The notes under the pieces: model-generated | Seen by the model: the letters and a program-made list of their open reading frames with translations, nothing else | Told to the model about the DNA's origin: nothing | Database searches by the model: none | Assembly (NCBI GenBank): GCA_000165345.1 | Contig: CM000434.1 | Span: 672,001 to 736,000, forward strand | Reading direction: 5' to 3' | DNA length: 64,000 bases | Shown: positions 20,126 through 31,184 of the stretch, piece by piece | Layout of the letters: each line of letters begins with the position of its first letter | How positions within the stretch are numbered: the stretch's first letter is position 1 | Made by a program: the position numbers and the translations under genes

Positions 20126-22366
20126 ATGACAAGTAATAATAACGTAGTACCGGTTAGTGCCTCCCTTTATGTGGGTGATTTGGATGCAGATGTGACTGAG
20201 ACAATGTTATATGAAATATTTAATAGTGTTGCAGTTGTATCATCAGTACGTATTTGTAGAGACGCTCTTACAAGAAGAAGCTTGGGTTATGCTTATGTCA
20301 ATTACAATAGTGTAGCGGATGCTGAGAGAGCTCTAGATACTCTTAATTTCACATGCATCCGTGGCCGTCCATGCAGAATTATGTGGTGCTTACGCGACCC
20401 AGCATCCAGAAGAAACAACGATGGAAATGTATTTGTAAAGAATTTGGATAAGTCGATTGATAATAAGACATTATTCGATACTTTTAGTCTATTTGGAAAT
20501 ATTATGTCATGTAAAATCGCTACCGATGTTGAGGGTAAGTCTTTGGGATATGGTTTTATCCATTTCGAACATGCAGACAGTGCTAAAGAAGCTATTTCTA
20601 GGCTAAATGGGGCTGTATTGGGAGATCGCCCAATTTATGTCGGAAAGTTCCAGAAGAAGGCTGAACGCTTTTCTGAAAAAGATAAGACATTCACTAATGT
20701 CTATGTTAAACATATCCCTAAGAGTTGGACTGAAGATCTTCTATACAAGATATTTGGAGTATATGGTAAAATTAGCTCATTGGTCCTGCAATCCGACTCT
20801 AAAGGTAGACCTTTTGGTTTTGTGAACTTTGAAAACCCCGATTCCGCTAAGGCTGCAGTTGCTGCCTTACACAATGCTTTAGTTACTCCAGTAGGGGTTG
20901 AGTTGGACTCTACAGCAGAGACTCCAGTTGATAACGAGGCTGGAGCTGATTCTGAGACATCATCCAAGCAAGAATCTGGAGAAGCTTCTAATAAAAAACA
21001 AACTGCATCTGGCGAAGCATCAAAGGATTCTTCAGGAACATCAAACGAGGAATCTGCACAGAATGAGGATGGATCAGCTGACAAGAATGTTTCAGCTGAT
21101 GTACAACCAAATAGACTATATGTTTCTAGAGCACAAAAAAAGAATGAACGTCAGGTGGTCTTGAAGTCTCAACACGAAGCTGTAAAGGAGAGCCACCAAA
21201 GATACCAAGGTGTAAATCTTTATGTAAAGAATTTGGCAGATTCAATCAATGAGGAGGACCTCCGTTCTATGTTTGAACCATTTGGAACAGTATCTTCCGT
21301 AAGCATTAAGACTGATGAATCAGGTGTCTCAAGAGGATTTGGGTTTGTTTCATTCCTCTCCCCTGATGAAGCTACAAAGGCTATTACTGAGATGCACCTT
21401 AAGCTTGTGCGCGGAAAGCCACTGTATGTAGGCCTTCACGAACGTAAAGAACAAAGAGCACTACGTCTTCAGCAGCGTATTAGAGGGGGTGCAGTCCCTC
21501 CAGTTTTAAGACCCGGAGCAATTCCCCCAGGCCCTCCAGGAGTACATGGAGCTCCCATGCAATTTGGTGTACCACCACAAATGTACTTTATTCCTGGAAA
21601 TCCAAATGTGGCAGCAACTGCTATGCCACATGGAAGAGCGATGGTTACAGGAGGTTTCCCTAATCAAAATGCAATGAATAATCCATGGAGGCCAAATCCA
21701 ACAAGAATGCCATACACTGCAGGAGGTGTGCCTCCTCAAATGACAGGCGGTCCTCAAATGACAGCCTATAATGGCAACGTTATCCAACAAAATGGAGTAT
21801 CTCCAAACGGAGCTGCTAATGCTACCGGGTCTGTCCAAAATGGAGTCACCGGTAATGCAGTTACAGGAGTTCAAGGTGCTCAAAATAACAGAACTGGAGG
21901 AAATAACCAGAGAATTCATAATAGACATGTTCAAGGTAATGGGCAAGGAGGAAGGCCGGGCTCCCATGGTCATCAAGTTCAGCAAATGCAAAAGCAAGGA
22001 TTCAAATTTCCACAAAACGTTAAGGGATCTGAAATGCAGCGCGTGGATATGATGCAAAATAGACAAATGGATTCATCAAACGGCGCACTTGTTCAGAATC
22101 CATTAATCCCTCAACCAGATGTTCCTCTAACTGCTGCTACCTTGGCAGCTGCATCCCCTAGCATGCAGAAACAATTACTTGGAGAGAGACTTTTCCCAAT
22201 TATTGCCCAATTCCAACCAGAATTGGCAGGAAAGATCACCGGGATGATGCTTGAAATGGATAACAATGAATTATTAGAACTTTTGAGTTCTGATATTGAA
22301 ATCAAAAACAAGGTAGATGAGGCCATGGTCGTACTTGAACGTGCTCAGCAACAAATTAGCACGTAA
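20126..22366 (+). CDS. PABP: Poly(A)-binding protein with four RRMs, a Gly/Pro/Gln-rich linker and a C-terminal PABC/MLLE domain.
   Basis: RNP motifs are present: KSLGYGFIHF, KGRPFGFVNF, SRGFGFVSF and LYVGDL. The C-terminal part reads MQKQLLGERLFPIIAQFQPELAGKITGMMLEMDNNELLELL, as in the PABC domain. Confidence 0.92.
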   Translation: MTSNNNVVPVSASLYVGDLDADVTETMLYEIFNSVAVVSSVRICRDALTRRSLGYAYVNYNSVADAERALDTLNFTCIRGRPCRIMWCLRDPASRRNNDGNVFVKNLDKSIDNKTLFDTFSLFGNIMSCKIATDVEGKSLGYGFIHFEHADSAKEAISRLNGAVLGDRPIYVGKFQKKAERFSEKDKTFTNVYVKHIPKSWTEDLLYKIFGVYGKISSLVLQSDSKGRPFGFVNFENPDSAKAAVAALHNALVTPVGVELDSTAETPVDNEAGADSETSSKQESGEASNKKQTASGEASKDSSGTSNEESAQNEDGSADKNVSADVQPNRLYVSRAQKKNERQVVLKSQHEAVKESHQRYQGVNLYVKNLADSINEEDLRSMFEPFGTVSSVSIKTDESGVSRGFGFVSFLSPDEATKAITEMHLKLVRGKPLYVGLHERKEQRALRLQQRIRGGAVPPVLRPGAIPPGPPGVHGAPMQFGVPPQMYFIPGNPNVAATAMPHGRAMVTGGFPNQNAMNNPWRPNPTRMPYTAGGVPPQMTGGPQMTAYNGNVIQQNGVSPNGAANATGSVQNGVTGNAVTGVQGAQNNRTGGNNQRIHNRHVQGNGQGGRPGSHGHQVQQMQKQGFKFPQNVKGSEMQRVDMMQNRQMDSSNGALVQNPLIPQPDVPLTAATLAAASPSMQKQLLGERLFPIIAQFQPELAGKITGMMLEMDNNELLELLSSDIEIKNKVDEAMVVLERAQQQIST

Positions 22367-23286
22367 ATCTAGAGATTCTGAGTCTTTTTTTTTGCTACTA
22401 GAAGTGTTATAACACTAGATTTTTTTTTATTTCTACGCTTGTTTTAACTTTTTCCATTGCTTTTCTAAATTAGTGTAATACAAATCTTGATTGCTTCTAG
22501 AATCAATGTGTAAATTTCTCTCTTCACTCCTTTATATGCGTTTCGAATGGTTTTTACCACTATTGTTATTAATGCAACTACTACTACTACTGATCCCGGT
22601 TCATCAAGAGTTTGAAACAATGTCTTTAATCATTATCGTCACATTAAATAAACATTACTTTATATATAGAGAGCGCGCACATGCATGTAAAATTTCAAGT
22701 GCATGCAAATTGTCAAAATCTGTGAAAGTTAACTAATAAGAAAGAAAACATATCCTAATTAAAATTTACTTAATCTAGATACACAGCCTAATCCAATTCA
22801 CTGCAACTTTTTAATTAAACAAATACACTCATTAATTTTTTTTTTTTTTTTTTTGCTACTAAAAATAAAACCATTATTTTTCTTAAATTCATCATTACTA
22901 ATGTGTCCACATAAATTGACAAATGCAATTATAAAAATTACATGATGTTGGCGCCCAACACGTAATCTAAATTAAAAAAATGGGGAAATATAAGTAATTA
23001 ATGCTAAATAGATAGAGGGGAAATTATATGGGGAAAAGTCAGGACAAAATTTACATGGAAAATTTGAGAAAAAATATTTGAAAAATAAACGCTTTTAAGT
23101 AATTGATTTTTTTTTTAAAGTGTTTATTAAAATCAAGAGTATTATATTCATGCTAACTAAGGAAATATATTGTATAAATAGTACCAAAGAAGTGAATAAT
23201 ATATTTGAATTGGCAAGATAAATAAAAAGATATTTATCCAAAAAAAAAAATTAAAGTGGAAGAGTGAGAGAAAACTTGAGGAAAAA

Positions 23287-24570
23287 ATGACTCAGGGAGT
23301 AATTTTGGAAATGATTCCAAGAGTAGAACAAACGGAAAATGTAATCGAAGAAAAACCTGTTGAAAATAATGATACTGATTTAGCAAAACTAAGTAATAAA
23401 ATCTTTGGTAATGAAATGGCTAATGTTCCACTAGTTTTCGATGAATTTCCAGTGACGAAGTTGTTACTCAGCTTTTTTGTAATACTATTTATATGTTTTG
23501 GAGTGATTGACATGATTCTAGGCTTTATTAGGCTTGGATTAATGTCATTTATTATTTCAATGTTTGTGTTATTTTTCAGATGTGGAGAAAGAAATCGTCA
23601 GCATAGTTCCATTTTTGTACTTTTTATTGTAGCATTGACCTCATCTCTAAGTTGGAATTCAATATCAAATTATATATTGAAAAATGAAGGAACACTTTTT
23701 GAAGAGAAAATATACCCACTATTGATTCTCGAGTTTTCATCATCACTATTTTTAACACTTTGGCTAATGTTAATAGCTCTTTCTGGTTATTCTGTTAAGA
23801 ATCAGCAAAATATTTATATTGATAATCAATTGTACAGAACAAACACAAATTTACGTTTTACAGCATTATCCGCTTTTAACTGGTATCTAATTTCAATGGG
23901 ATTTGAATTTTCAGTTCTTGTTTTATATTTATTGGAAGGATTTTACATAGTTTCAATCATTCCATTTATAAGTTTGCTAGTTTCAATGTTTTATGTAATT
24001 AGCAAATCCAAACGTATTTTACAATATTCAGAAATCTTTTTACCGTTTGTTATGTTGGCATATGTAATACTTAGAATGATTTATGAGTGGGTGGCTCCTG
24101 ATGACTATTCATCTATGATTGGAGCCTATTTGGTAACTATTATGGTCTTTAAACAGGTTGTCGGTCTTTCAATCTTATTTATCCCAAGCATTAACTATTA
24201 TGACATGATTAATGATAATGGTTCATATAGTGTCACTGTTGTTGTTTCTTTTAAGATTCATCAAAATAAGCAAGAAAATGCTGTTAAGAGTGCAGATATT
24301 ATTGATATTTCACCCACAAACAGAGTAATTGCTGAAAATCCCGAGTCTGAAAATAGGGAAGAGGAGGCTATTACAGTAATTCAAGTCTCTTCTAGCGAAG
24401 ATCCGGAAGGATTGATTAAATCCGTTCAAAATGATCAAATTGAGTTAAATAAAGAATCATTTGACTTAGAAACGCAAAAAAGTCACTCCGCAGTAGAGGA
24501 TGACGCAGAAGCAAATATCCCATACGAGGATGAGTCTTTAAAAATTGAAATAAATAGTAAATTAAATTAA
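23287..24570 (+). CDS. Polytopic membrane protein, about 8 TM segments, with an acidic C-terminal tail; function unknown.
   Basis: The ORF has many hydrophobic stretches. I recognise no family. Confidence 0.6.
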   Translation: MTQGVILEMIPRVEQTENVIEEKPVENNDTDLAKLSNKIFGNEMANVPLVFDEFPVTKLLLSFFVILFICFGVIDMILGFIRLGLMSFIISMFVLFFRCGERNRQHSSIFVLFIVALTSSLSWNSISNYILKNEGTLFEEKIYPLLILEFSSSLFLTLWLMLIALSGYSVKNQQNIYIDNQLYRTNTNLRFTALSAFNWYLISMGFEFSVLVLYLLEGFYIVSIIPFISLLVSMFYVISKSKRILQYSEIFLPFVMLAYVILRMIYEWVAPDDYSSMIGAYLVTIMVFKQVVGLSILFIPSINYYDMINDNGSYSVTVVVSFKIHQNKQENAVKSADIIDISPTNRVIAENPESENREEEAITVIQVSSSEDPEGLIKSVQNDQIELNKESFDLETQKSHSAVEDDAEANIPYEDESLKIEINSKLN

Positions 24571-24729
24571 ATAAGTAGGTAAATTTTTGAAAAGAAAAAC
24601 CTACATATAGTGATTCAAGCCTGAATATTTTCGAATTCTTGATTTTTATTTAAAAAAATTATGCTTAAATAGAAAATAGGTAATAATTAATTTTGAATTT
24701 ATTTTTCTTTTTTTTGTTAATTTGCTTGC

Positions 24730-24739
24730 AATTGCATGT
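24730..24739. promoter_or_regulatory. ATACCGGTAT palindrome embedded in the extended palindrome ATTGCA-TGT-ATACCGGTAT-TGCAAT, 157 bp upstream of the RCC1-repeat gene.
   Basis: Read directly at 24721-24746. A GGCGGCAAAG box lies 25 bp downstream. Confidence 0.35.
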
Positions 24740-24886
24740 ATACCGGTATTGCAATATTGTCATGCTAATAGGCGGCAAAGTTGCCCCACGTAATATTATT
24801 TGAAGGTCAACAATATTTTGTGTGCAAATAAAATTTTAGTATTAAAAAGTAGGGATTAGGTTAGAGAGAAAATTGTGAGGTTGTAG

Positions 24887-27800
24887 ATGAATAGAATTCG
24901 GAATGCGGTAAGATTGAGGAGGAAAGAGTCCCAAGAGACTACAGGAAAGAAGAGTGAAGGAGAGATAAATTTTCAATCGGAGAATAGTAAGGGCTTAAAT
25001 ATTGTGGGGAAGGAAAATTCGGGTGAAATTGGAATTCCTGAAATTTTGAGTTATTTTCCTGACTTATACGTCGATAGTTCGAACGGATTTTCCGCTAATG
25101 GAGGAGGAGTTGGACAAATGATTTGTGGAACAATATCATCCTTTTTCGAGGATACTTGGAACAGAGCAATGGGTGAAATGAAACAGGTCAAATCAAGAAA
25201 TATTTGTAATTTATCATCTGATTTAAGTCTTGGTATTCATTTGAAAAGAGAATGGCATCGTTTGTGGCTTGTAAGAAGCTTTTTGGCATTCGCATGGGAG
25301 AGTTATCTTGAAGACCTGATGATTGAAAATGATAAGTTTCCTAAAGAATATTTGAATCTCCCTAGTTATGGCACTAATTTGGAGGGAATTGGTAAAATTT
25401 CCCTTGGTGAGATTCTTTGTATTGTAAGTTGCAGCAAATTGACTTATTCTGAAAAGAGTACTATTTCAATCCCATTTTCTACAATTCAAGGCAAGATGAT
25501 AATTAAAAAATCACTAAGTTTTAATTATAATCTTCATTGGAAGACCCCTACTCCTAATACAGTTGCTAAATTTCGTGTTCTTCAGGATCAGAAAAAGCTG
25601 CCAAAGACAAATACTAGTAATGTTGAAGGTGGAGATTCTGTATTTATGTCATTGGATATTGATAATCCCCAGTTTCTTTGGAAAAGTTCTTTTTCTAATC
25701 AAATTCCAAAAGAGTTTGAAGATCTTCAAACACTTGCATCTTCCGTAAGAGTTCTAAGAAAGGATGAGACAGCAAAGTTTACTATTGATGGTAAGAAAAG
25801 TATTGTAATAAAATTACTTAATTGGTATCGTGAGACACAAGATATAATTACTTATGAAAACAAAAATGTAAATTGTAAATATTTTATTGAACAAGAAGAC
25901 TTTTACTTTGACAATGATTTAAACAATTCTCAAATTCAAGGAAACGTGACAAGTGTTGAGTATTCCATTACTTCCGATGATAATAGAAAAAGGAAGCTCT
26001 TCACTGGTTTGACATATATATCTAATGGAAGTTATTTCTCTCCAATGTTAGGAACGGTAATGAGAGGAAATTCTAAAGCCGTTATTTACATTACCAAAGA
26101 GTTAGCAAATCTTGAATTGGGAATATTAAAAAAACATTCTGATAACTCCAAGTTTTCAAATTGTCTAAGAAGTATTGTGACTGGAATGGACTCTGGAAAA
26201 AGATATTTTCTTCATTTAGAGATTCCTTCAATAGAAAAAGAGCTACAAGATCTTCAAATAAAAGAAAAAAATAAGACTTTAATGTTTAAACATGTTATCC
26301 AGAATAAAAAGCAATTTGAAAGCAGAATACAACTACTACAAGACCTAAAAGCTTTTGGGCATTTAGTACTTTCCAAATTTTCCATTGGAAATGGAGAGTC
26401 TGCAATAATAGAGAATGTATATATTAGGGAAATTGGAAACGATCCTATTCTATTGGAAACTCTTAGAGTCAAGTTAAATCAACATCTCCTTGAGAATAAC
26501 TTATTTGAAGTTCCATTTGTATTTTTTGAAATTGAAAATCATTCTAAGAGTAAATATCAGGCTTTTATAGTTTGCCCTTGTATCAGAAATTATAATGAAC
26601 TACTCTTTTATTCTCACTTTAGGTGGCTTAAAGGGGAATATATAAAAAAGAAAAGGTTTGAAATCAGTCCAAATGAAGCTTATTCAAGACATATTTTTGG
26701 AGATTTGAGACAAACCAAGGAACAGAATCATCAAAGGAATGACCAAATTCAAATGGGAATGTCTCATTACAATAAAGGAGTAACTCTACTAGTAGAGCTT
26801 GGAAGATTCAACTTCCATCTAGAAGAAGGAATTTTGGAAGATCTGAGAGATAATAGAAGTCTATATTCTTTAGAATGGGAATTTGAATGGTTAAATAATA
26901 ATTCTGAAGGAGGATTATCCTTATTCTTCCATGTTTTAAGAACTTCCTTTTTTATATTATATGAATCTTATGGAGGAGCAATTTCTGATCTAAATCAGGT
27001 TCTACTTGATACACTTAACTTTACTAATATTCAAAAATGGAAATTATCTTTAAGATTTGAGAAAATGATGGAGTTTTTGATCTTAGAAACTAAAAAAAGA
27101 GCTGGATCTATCTATTTTAATATTATTGGATTATTATCCCAGTTATTAATGGAAATTCACTTAGAAGGAAAGACCAGTAAAAGATTAGTTGAGGAAATAT
27201 TGAACAAAGTAAGAGAAAGTATGAAACATGCATCAGTTCAGATTATTTTGTTGGATTACTTGGTAACTTGGATACTAATTAATGTTTCAGTATTTAAAGT
27301 ATGTACAAAGGATTTATCTTTGAAACTTGGGAGTATTTTCCAGAATCTCCTAGTTTTTCATAGAATTTGTAGAAAATTTCTTCAGGATAGAAAAGATCAA
27401 GTTCAAATTCAATTGGAAGTTTTATGTGAAAGAATGACTTTTACAGGAATTATTAATAGTATTTTACCTGTTACGACATCAAATATGAAAGGAGAGAATG
27501 GAAAGGAGGCATTTTTCAAATACATCATGAGGTTTTATATTTTTGAGAAGTTGTCTCAGTTTTTGGTAAATCCAATGGATGCAGAGACTCAATATAATAA
27601 TGAAAAGATAAGTTACTTTAATCTTCTCAGAGAAGAACCAACACTTGATATATTATCTTTGGGAGATAATAGAAGTGGGGTACTAGGACTAGGATCTCCC
27701 AGAATACAACTTTTTTCCGATTTGGAATGTAATCTTTACCGAGGGTTATCAAAAATCAATGAAACTTTCTTGCTAGATAGAGTTGAGGAAGAGAAAACAA

Positions 27801-29221
27801 AAATTTTACAAGATGTTATGATATCAGATGAATCATTCTTAGTAAAGGGAATTAGTTCAATAGCTTATGGGACTGATCATATTGTCATTCTTGGAAAAGA
27901 GGGAGATATTTTGATTTGGGGTAGTAACTCTTCAGGCCAATGTTGTATTGAAAAGAAGCCTATTAGCAAAAAGATTAATGCTGAATTCAATAATGAAAAA
28001 GATTCAAAAGAATTATTAAAAAGAATTGAAGATTATGAGAATACAATTTTTTACCCAACTCGGATATCTTGTTTCTCAAACATTTGTGATAAAATAACAA
28101 TTAGCAAGATTGATTGTGGAGCTTTTTTCACTCTTGCTTTGGATCATAATGGAGATTTATTTTCATGGGGTCAAGGTAGAGATGGATCTCTTGGGACAGG
28201 AAGCTACGAGGACTCATTTGTCCCACAGAAAATTAAACTTGAAAACAAAGTTAAATCATTTTCTGCAGGAATGTTCCACTGTGGTGCTATTGACGAGAAG
28301 AATCAACTTTATGTTTGGGGTTCAAATGAATTTGGACAACTTGGGACAAAACTATATATGGATAATAAGAATTTAAATACCCCTTTTAAGATTTTAGTAA
28401 AGTTTTCAAGAAGTAGCGTGACAAGTTCAAAAATAACTTTAGTAGCTTTAGACAAACAAGATTCAGGAAATACAGAAGAAATAGTTGAATGGAAAGGAGT
28501 GTCTTTTGGAGAAGCTCATTCAATTGCTTTGGATACAAATGGACTTGTTTGGGTATGGGGCCAAAACAATCTCAAACAATTAACGGGAATTCCAGAAATA
28601 CTTGAGACAGAAATAATGATTTCTAATAATATAATTTCTTCAGATTATTATAGAAAACTATGTTCTCAAGTCATTTTCCCAACCCCCTTAGTATCTACAG
28701 ACAAAGTAGTGGTTTTTGCTTCCAGGAAGATTAACATGATCTTCTCAGGAAGTACTACTTGCTGTGCTATTGATGAACAAGGAAAACCTTGGTTATGGGG
28801 ATTAAGTTTTTCAGGAATAGATCATCATAACGTTAATTCAATATTTTCAAGGAAGAATACTTCTGGTTCTACCGAACATAAAAATCTTATTGAATTTGAG
28901 TTTCCTGTTCGGGTTTTCAGAAATATTACTCCAGATTTTGATTCAATTAGAACAGTAAGATTTGGAAAGGGAAATAACAATATTTCAATGGTAAGCAGAC
29001 TAGGAAGATGCTACCTCTGGCTTGAAAACAAAGATTTAGTTACTGATCAAATGAAGTATTTGAATAATCATAACTGTTTTATTCTGGAAGACTTACAAAG
29101 TATTAGTTTCAGAAATAACCATTTAAAAAATTCTCGTCATCATTCAATTCTTGACGTAGCTTTACTTTCAGATTCAATTATCTTTATAACCAAGAAAACT
29201 AACAAAGTCAAAAACAATTAA
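24887..29221 (+). CDS. Large protein of 1444 aa with six or more C-terminal RCC1-like repeats (beta-propeller); the N-terminal roughly 900 aa are unassigned.
   Basis: Repeats are GDNRSGVLGLG, LIWGSNSSGQCC, LFSWGQGRDGSLGTG, LYVWGSNEFGQLGT, VWVWGQNNLKQL and PWLWGLSFSG, with hydrophobic-GxxH signatures before each. Confidence 0.75.
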   Translation: MNRIRNAVRLRRKESQETTGKKSEGEINFQSENSKGLNIVGKENSGEIGIPEILSYFPDLYVDSSNGFSANGGGVGQMICGTISSFFEDTWNRAMGEMKQVKSRNICNLSSDLSLGIHLKREWHRLWLVRSFLAFAWESYLEDLMIENDKFPKEYLNLPSYGTNLEGIGKISLGEILCIVSCSKLTYSEKSTISIPFSTIQGKMIIKKSLSFNYNLHWKTPTPNTVAKFRVLQDQKKLPKTNTSNVEGGDSVFMSLDIDNPQFLWKSSFSNQIPKEFEDLQTLASSVRVLRKDETAKFTIDGKKSIVIKLLNWYRETQDIITYENKNVNCKYFIEQEDFYFDNDLNNSQIQGNVTSVEYSITSDDNRKRKLFTGLTYISNGSYFSPMLGTVMRGNSKAVIYITKELANLELGILKKHSDNSKFSNCLRSIVTGMDSGKRYFLHLEIPSIEKELQDLQIKEKNKTLMFKHVIQNKKQFESRIQLLQDLKAFGHLVLSKFSIGNGESAIIENVYIREIGNDPILLETLRVKLNQHLLENNLFEVPFVFFEIENHSKSKYQAFIVCPCIRNYNELLFYSHFRWLKGEYIKKKRFEISPNEAYSRHIFGDLRQTKEQNHQRNDQIQMGMSHYNKGVTLLVELGRFNFHLEEGILEDLRDNRSLYSLEWEFEWLNNNSEGGLSLFFHVLRTSFFILYESYGGAISDLNQVLLDTLNFTNIQKWKLSLRFEKMMEFLILETKKRAGSIYFNIIGLLSQLLMEIHLEGKTSKRLVEEILNKVRESMKHASVQIILLDYLVTWILINVSVFKVCTKDLSLKLGSIFQNLLVFHRICRKFLQDRKDQVQIQLEVLCERMTFTGIINSILPVTTSNMKGENGKEAFFKYIMRFYIFEKLSQFLVNPMDAETQYNNEKISYFNLLREEPTLDILSLGDNRSGVLGLGSPRIQLFSDLECNLYRGLSKINETFLLDRVEEEKTKILQDVMISDESFLVKGISSIAYGTDHIVILGKEGDILIWGSNSSGQCCIEKKPISKKINAEFNNEKDSKELLKRIEDYENTIFYPTRISCFSNICDKITISKIDCGAFFTLALDHNGDLFSWGQGRDGSLGTGSYEDSFVPQKIKLENKVKSFSAGMFHCGAIDEKNQLYVWGSNEFGQLGTKLYMDNKNLNTPFKILVKFSRSSVTSSKITLVALDKQDSGNTEEIVEWKGVSFGEAHSIALDTNGLVWVWGQNNLKQLTGIPEILETEIMISNNIISSDYYRKLCSQVIFPTPLVSTDKVVVFASRKINMIFSGSTTCCAIDEQGKPWLWGLSFSGIDHHNVNSIFSRKNTSGSTEHKNLIEFEFPVRVFRNITPDFDSIRTVRFGKGNNNISMVSRLGRCYLWLENKDLVTDQMKYLNNHNCFILEDLQSISFRNNHLKNSRHHSILDVALLSDSIIFITKKTNKVKNN

Positions 29222-29429
29222 TCTTTATTTTTCAGTGACTACGAAAAAAAAATCCCTTTCCATTCACAAACACTATACCGGCATTCCAATAGCTACATGC
29301 ATTATTCTATAAAAAATTGGCGGGCTTTTGAGGAAAAGTCCTGGCGAGATATTTATTATTAGGAAAAAGTAATTGGGGGATGTAAAAGAGTTTAGTAAAA
29401 ACGAGTAAAATTACAAGGAAAGGTTGATA

Positions 29430-30734
29430 ATGGAAGAGTTTCACCGTATTCCGATAGTAATAGTGGAAGATGAAGATGAGTTGGAACGGATAGTGAATGA
29501 AGGCAAGAACAAATTAGAGGTACAAGATGAAGATGAGGATAAAAAGTCACGTATAGATCCAAAGGATTTGGCAAATCGAATGAAGGAGAAGGGTGGACAA
29601 TGTTACAAAGAAAAAAAGTTTGATGAAGCTTTAGGGTTTTATTTGAAAGCATTGGGGATTTTAGAATTGGAACAGAGCTTGAAAGAAAATGGAGAAGATT
29701 TTGAGTTGTTGATGGGAGAAATTGTACTAAGGAGTAATTGTATAGCTTGTTATGTAGAGAAAAAAGATTTTGAAAGAGCAGTTTCTGAGTCTAGAAAATT
29801 ACTGAAATATATTAACGAGGAAGGAGACTTTTATTTAAAGAAAAATGGAGAATTACCAACTTTGTGGGTGAATATTGAAAACAAAACAAGATATAGATTA
29901 TCTGTATCTTTATATAATTTATTTGGATGTGGTGATGTTTTCTCTGATGAAATCTCAAAATCTTCTATTAACGAGTCTTTTGAAATGATTCAAACAGTTT
30001 TGGACTACTACCAACATTGGTTAAAGGTATCACCACCTCACGAGATAACTGTTTTGTACTCTAAAGTAAAAAGAGCTATAGAATCTCAGAATTATGAAAC
30101 AAAAAAAGTTAATTCATCACTTGAAAACCTGGATTTCAGAGAAAAAGAAGTTCAATCTCAAACTGAGAAACAAGATGAAGAAGAGATATCTACAAAACAA
30201 AACGAATCACACTATCTAACATCCTACATAACATGCTTTTTAGAAGAGTACTTTGAAGAATCTGGCTCTTGTCCAAAATCTATTAAATCTCCAATCCAAA
30301 TTGTAGACAAAATGAACTGTAACAATTCAATAGAATTCCTTCGTATATGGCAAAACATCTATCAAAACAACCAGTTTATTGATTACTACTTATTTTTTAG
30401 TCATATATTCACAAATTTGGATAAAATATATAACAAGACAGAAATAGAAGTCAATATATTGGAAAAAATTCTTGAAAGGATATCCGTTGTTCTCGATGAA
30501 TTGTTAAAGAATTCTTTTCAATCAAAACCTAAAGAGAAACTTATTTCACACATCTTTAAAATTATCCAGAATTTGGAGAAAACAAAGAGATTCGACTTTG
30601 TTGTATTAATGCTTAATGAAAACTTTCAAATTTTAAATAAGATGGTTCAATTCGAAAAATATTTAAGTAATAATCTTCTACAAGAAATTAAACATTTCCA
30701 AGAAAATCAAACTTCCAAAGGAATCCAAATATAA
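29430..30734 (+). CDS. Acidic protein of 434 aa with at least one TPR-like motif.
   Basis: The track's start at 29424 is a TTG; the first ATG is at 29430 (MEEFHRIP). ANRMKEKGGQCYKEKKFDEALGFYLKALGI reads as a TPR motif. Confidence 0.55.
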   Translation: MEEFHRIPIVIVEDEDELERIVNEGKNKLEVQDEDEDKKSRIDPKDLANRMKEKGGQCYKEKKFDEALGFYLKALGILELEQSLKENGEDFELLMGEIVLRSNCIACYVEKKDFERAVSESRKLLKYINEEGDFYLKKNGELPTLWVNIENKTRYRLSVSLYNLFGCGDVFSDEISKSSINESFEMIQTVLDYYQHWLKVSPPHEITVLYSKVKRAIESQNYETKKVNSSLENLDFREKEVQSQTEKQDEEEISTKQNESHYLTSYITCFLEEYFEESGSCPKSIKSPIQIVDKMNCNNSIEFLRIWQNIYQNNQFIDYYLFFSHIFTNLDKIYNKTEIEVNILEKILERISVVLDELLKNSFQSKPKEKLISHIFKIIQNLEKTKRFDFVVLMLNENFQILNKMVQFEKYLSNNLLQEIKHFQENQTSKGIQI

Positions 30735-30827
30735 ATCTCTTTTATTTCTATTATTTAAAGTATAAAGGAGATAAATTATTATAAAATTATTTTATTGTCT
30801 TACCATGACTAACCTTTTATTTTCTGG

Positions 30828-30868
30828 ATTGGCGCCACACATCTTAGATGGCGGGCTATGGCGGAATT
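30828..30868. promoter_or_regulatory. Cluster of three E2F-like boxes (ATTGGCGCCAC, GATGGCGGGCT, ATGGCGGAATT) about 320 bp upstream of the mucin-like gene.
   Basis: Read directly at 30821-30870. Confidence 0.4.
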
Positions 30869-31184
30869 ATATTAGATCACGAGGAAAGTATTGTCTTAAT
30901 GGATCTAAAAATGATTGGAATATAAACAAAAGAAGGGCTTAGAGAGCGAACCAAAGTTGTGTTTTTATAAGGGATTCTTCGGAAACTGGGAATTTAGATT
31001 TTCTAAGAACTTATTTTTTTTTTTATTTTAAAACTTTCAAGGTTGAAGAGACTGAAGAAATATTCAGAACTAAACTCTTAACCTCTGTTAAGAAAGAAAT
31101 CTAAATTAGTAAAAAAGCAAGAAAATTCACGATTATAGTAAGAAGATCATCAGATTACTCATTTATTAATTTGGAGTTATCGAA

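Noticed and set aside
29424-29429. Track start codons at 29424 and 39336
   Set aside because: Both are TTG, a bacterial-style alternative start. This is a eukaryotic nuclear locus, so I moved the starts to the first ATG (29430 and 39363).
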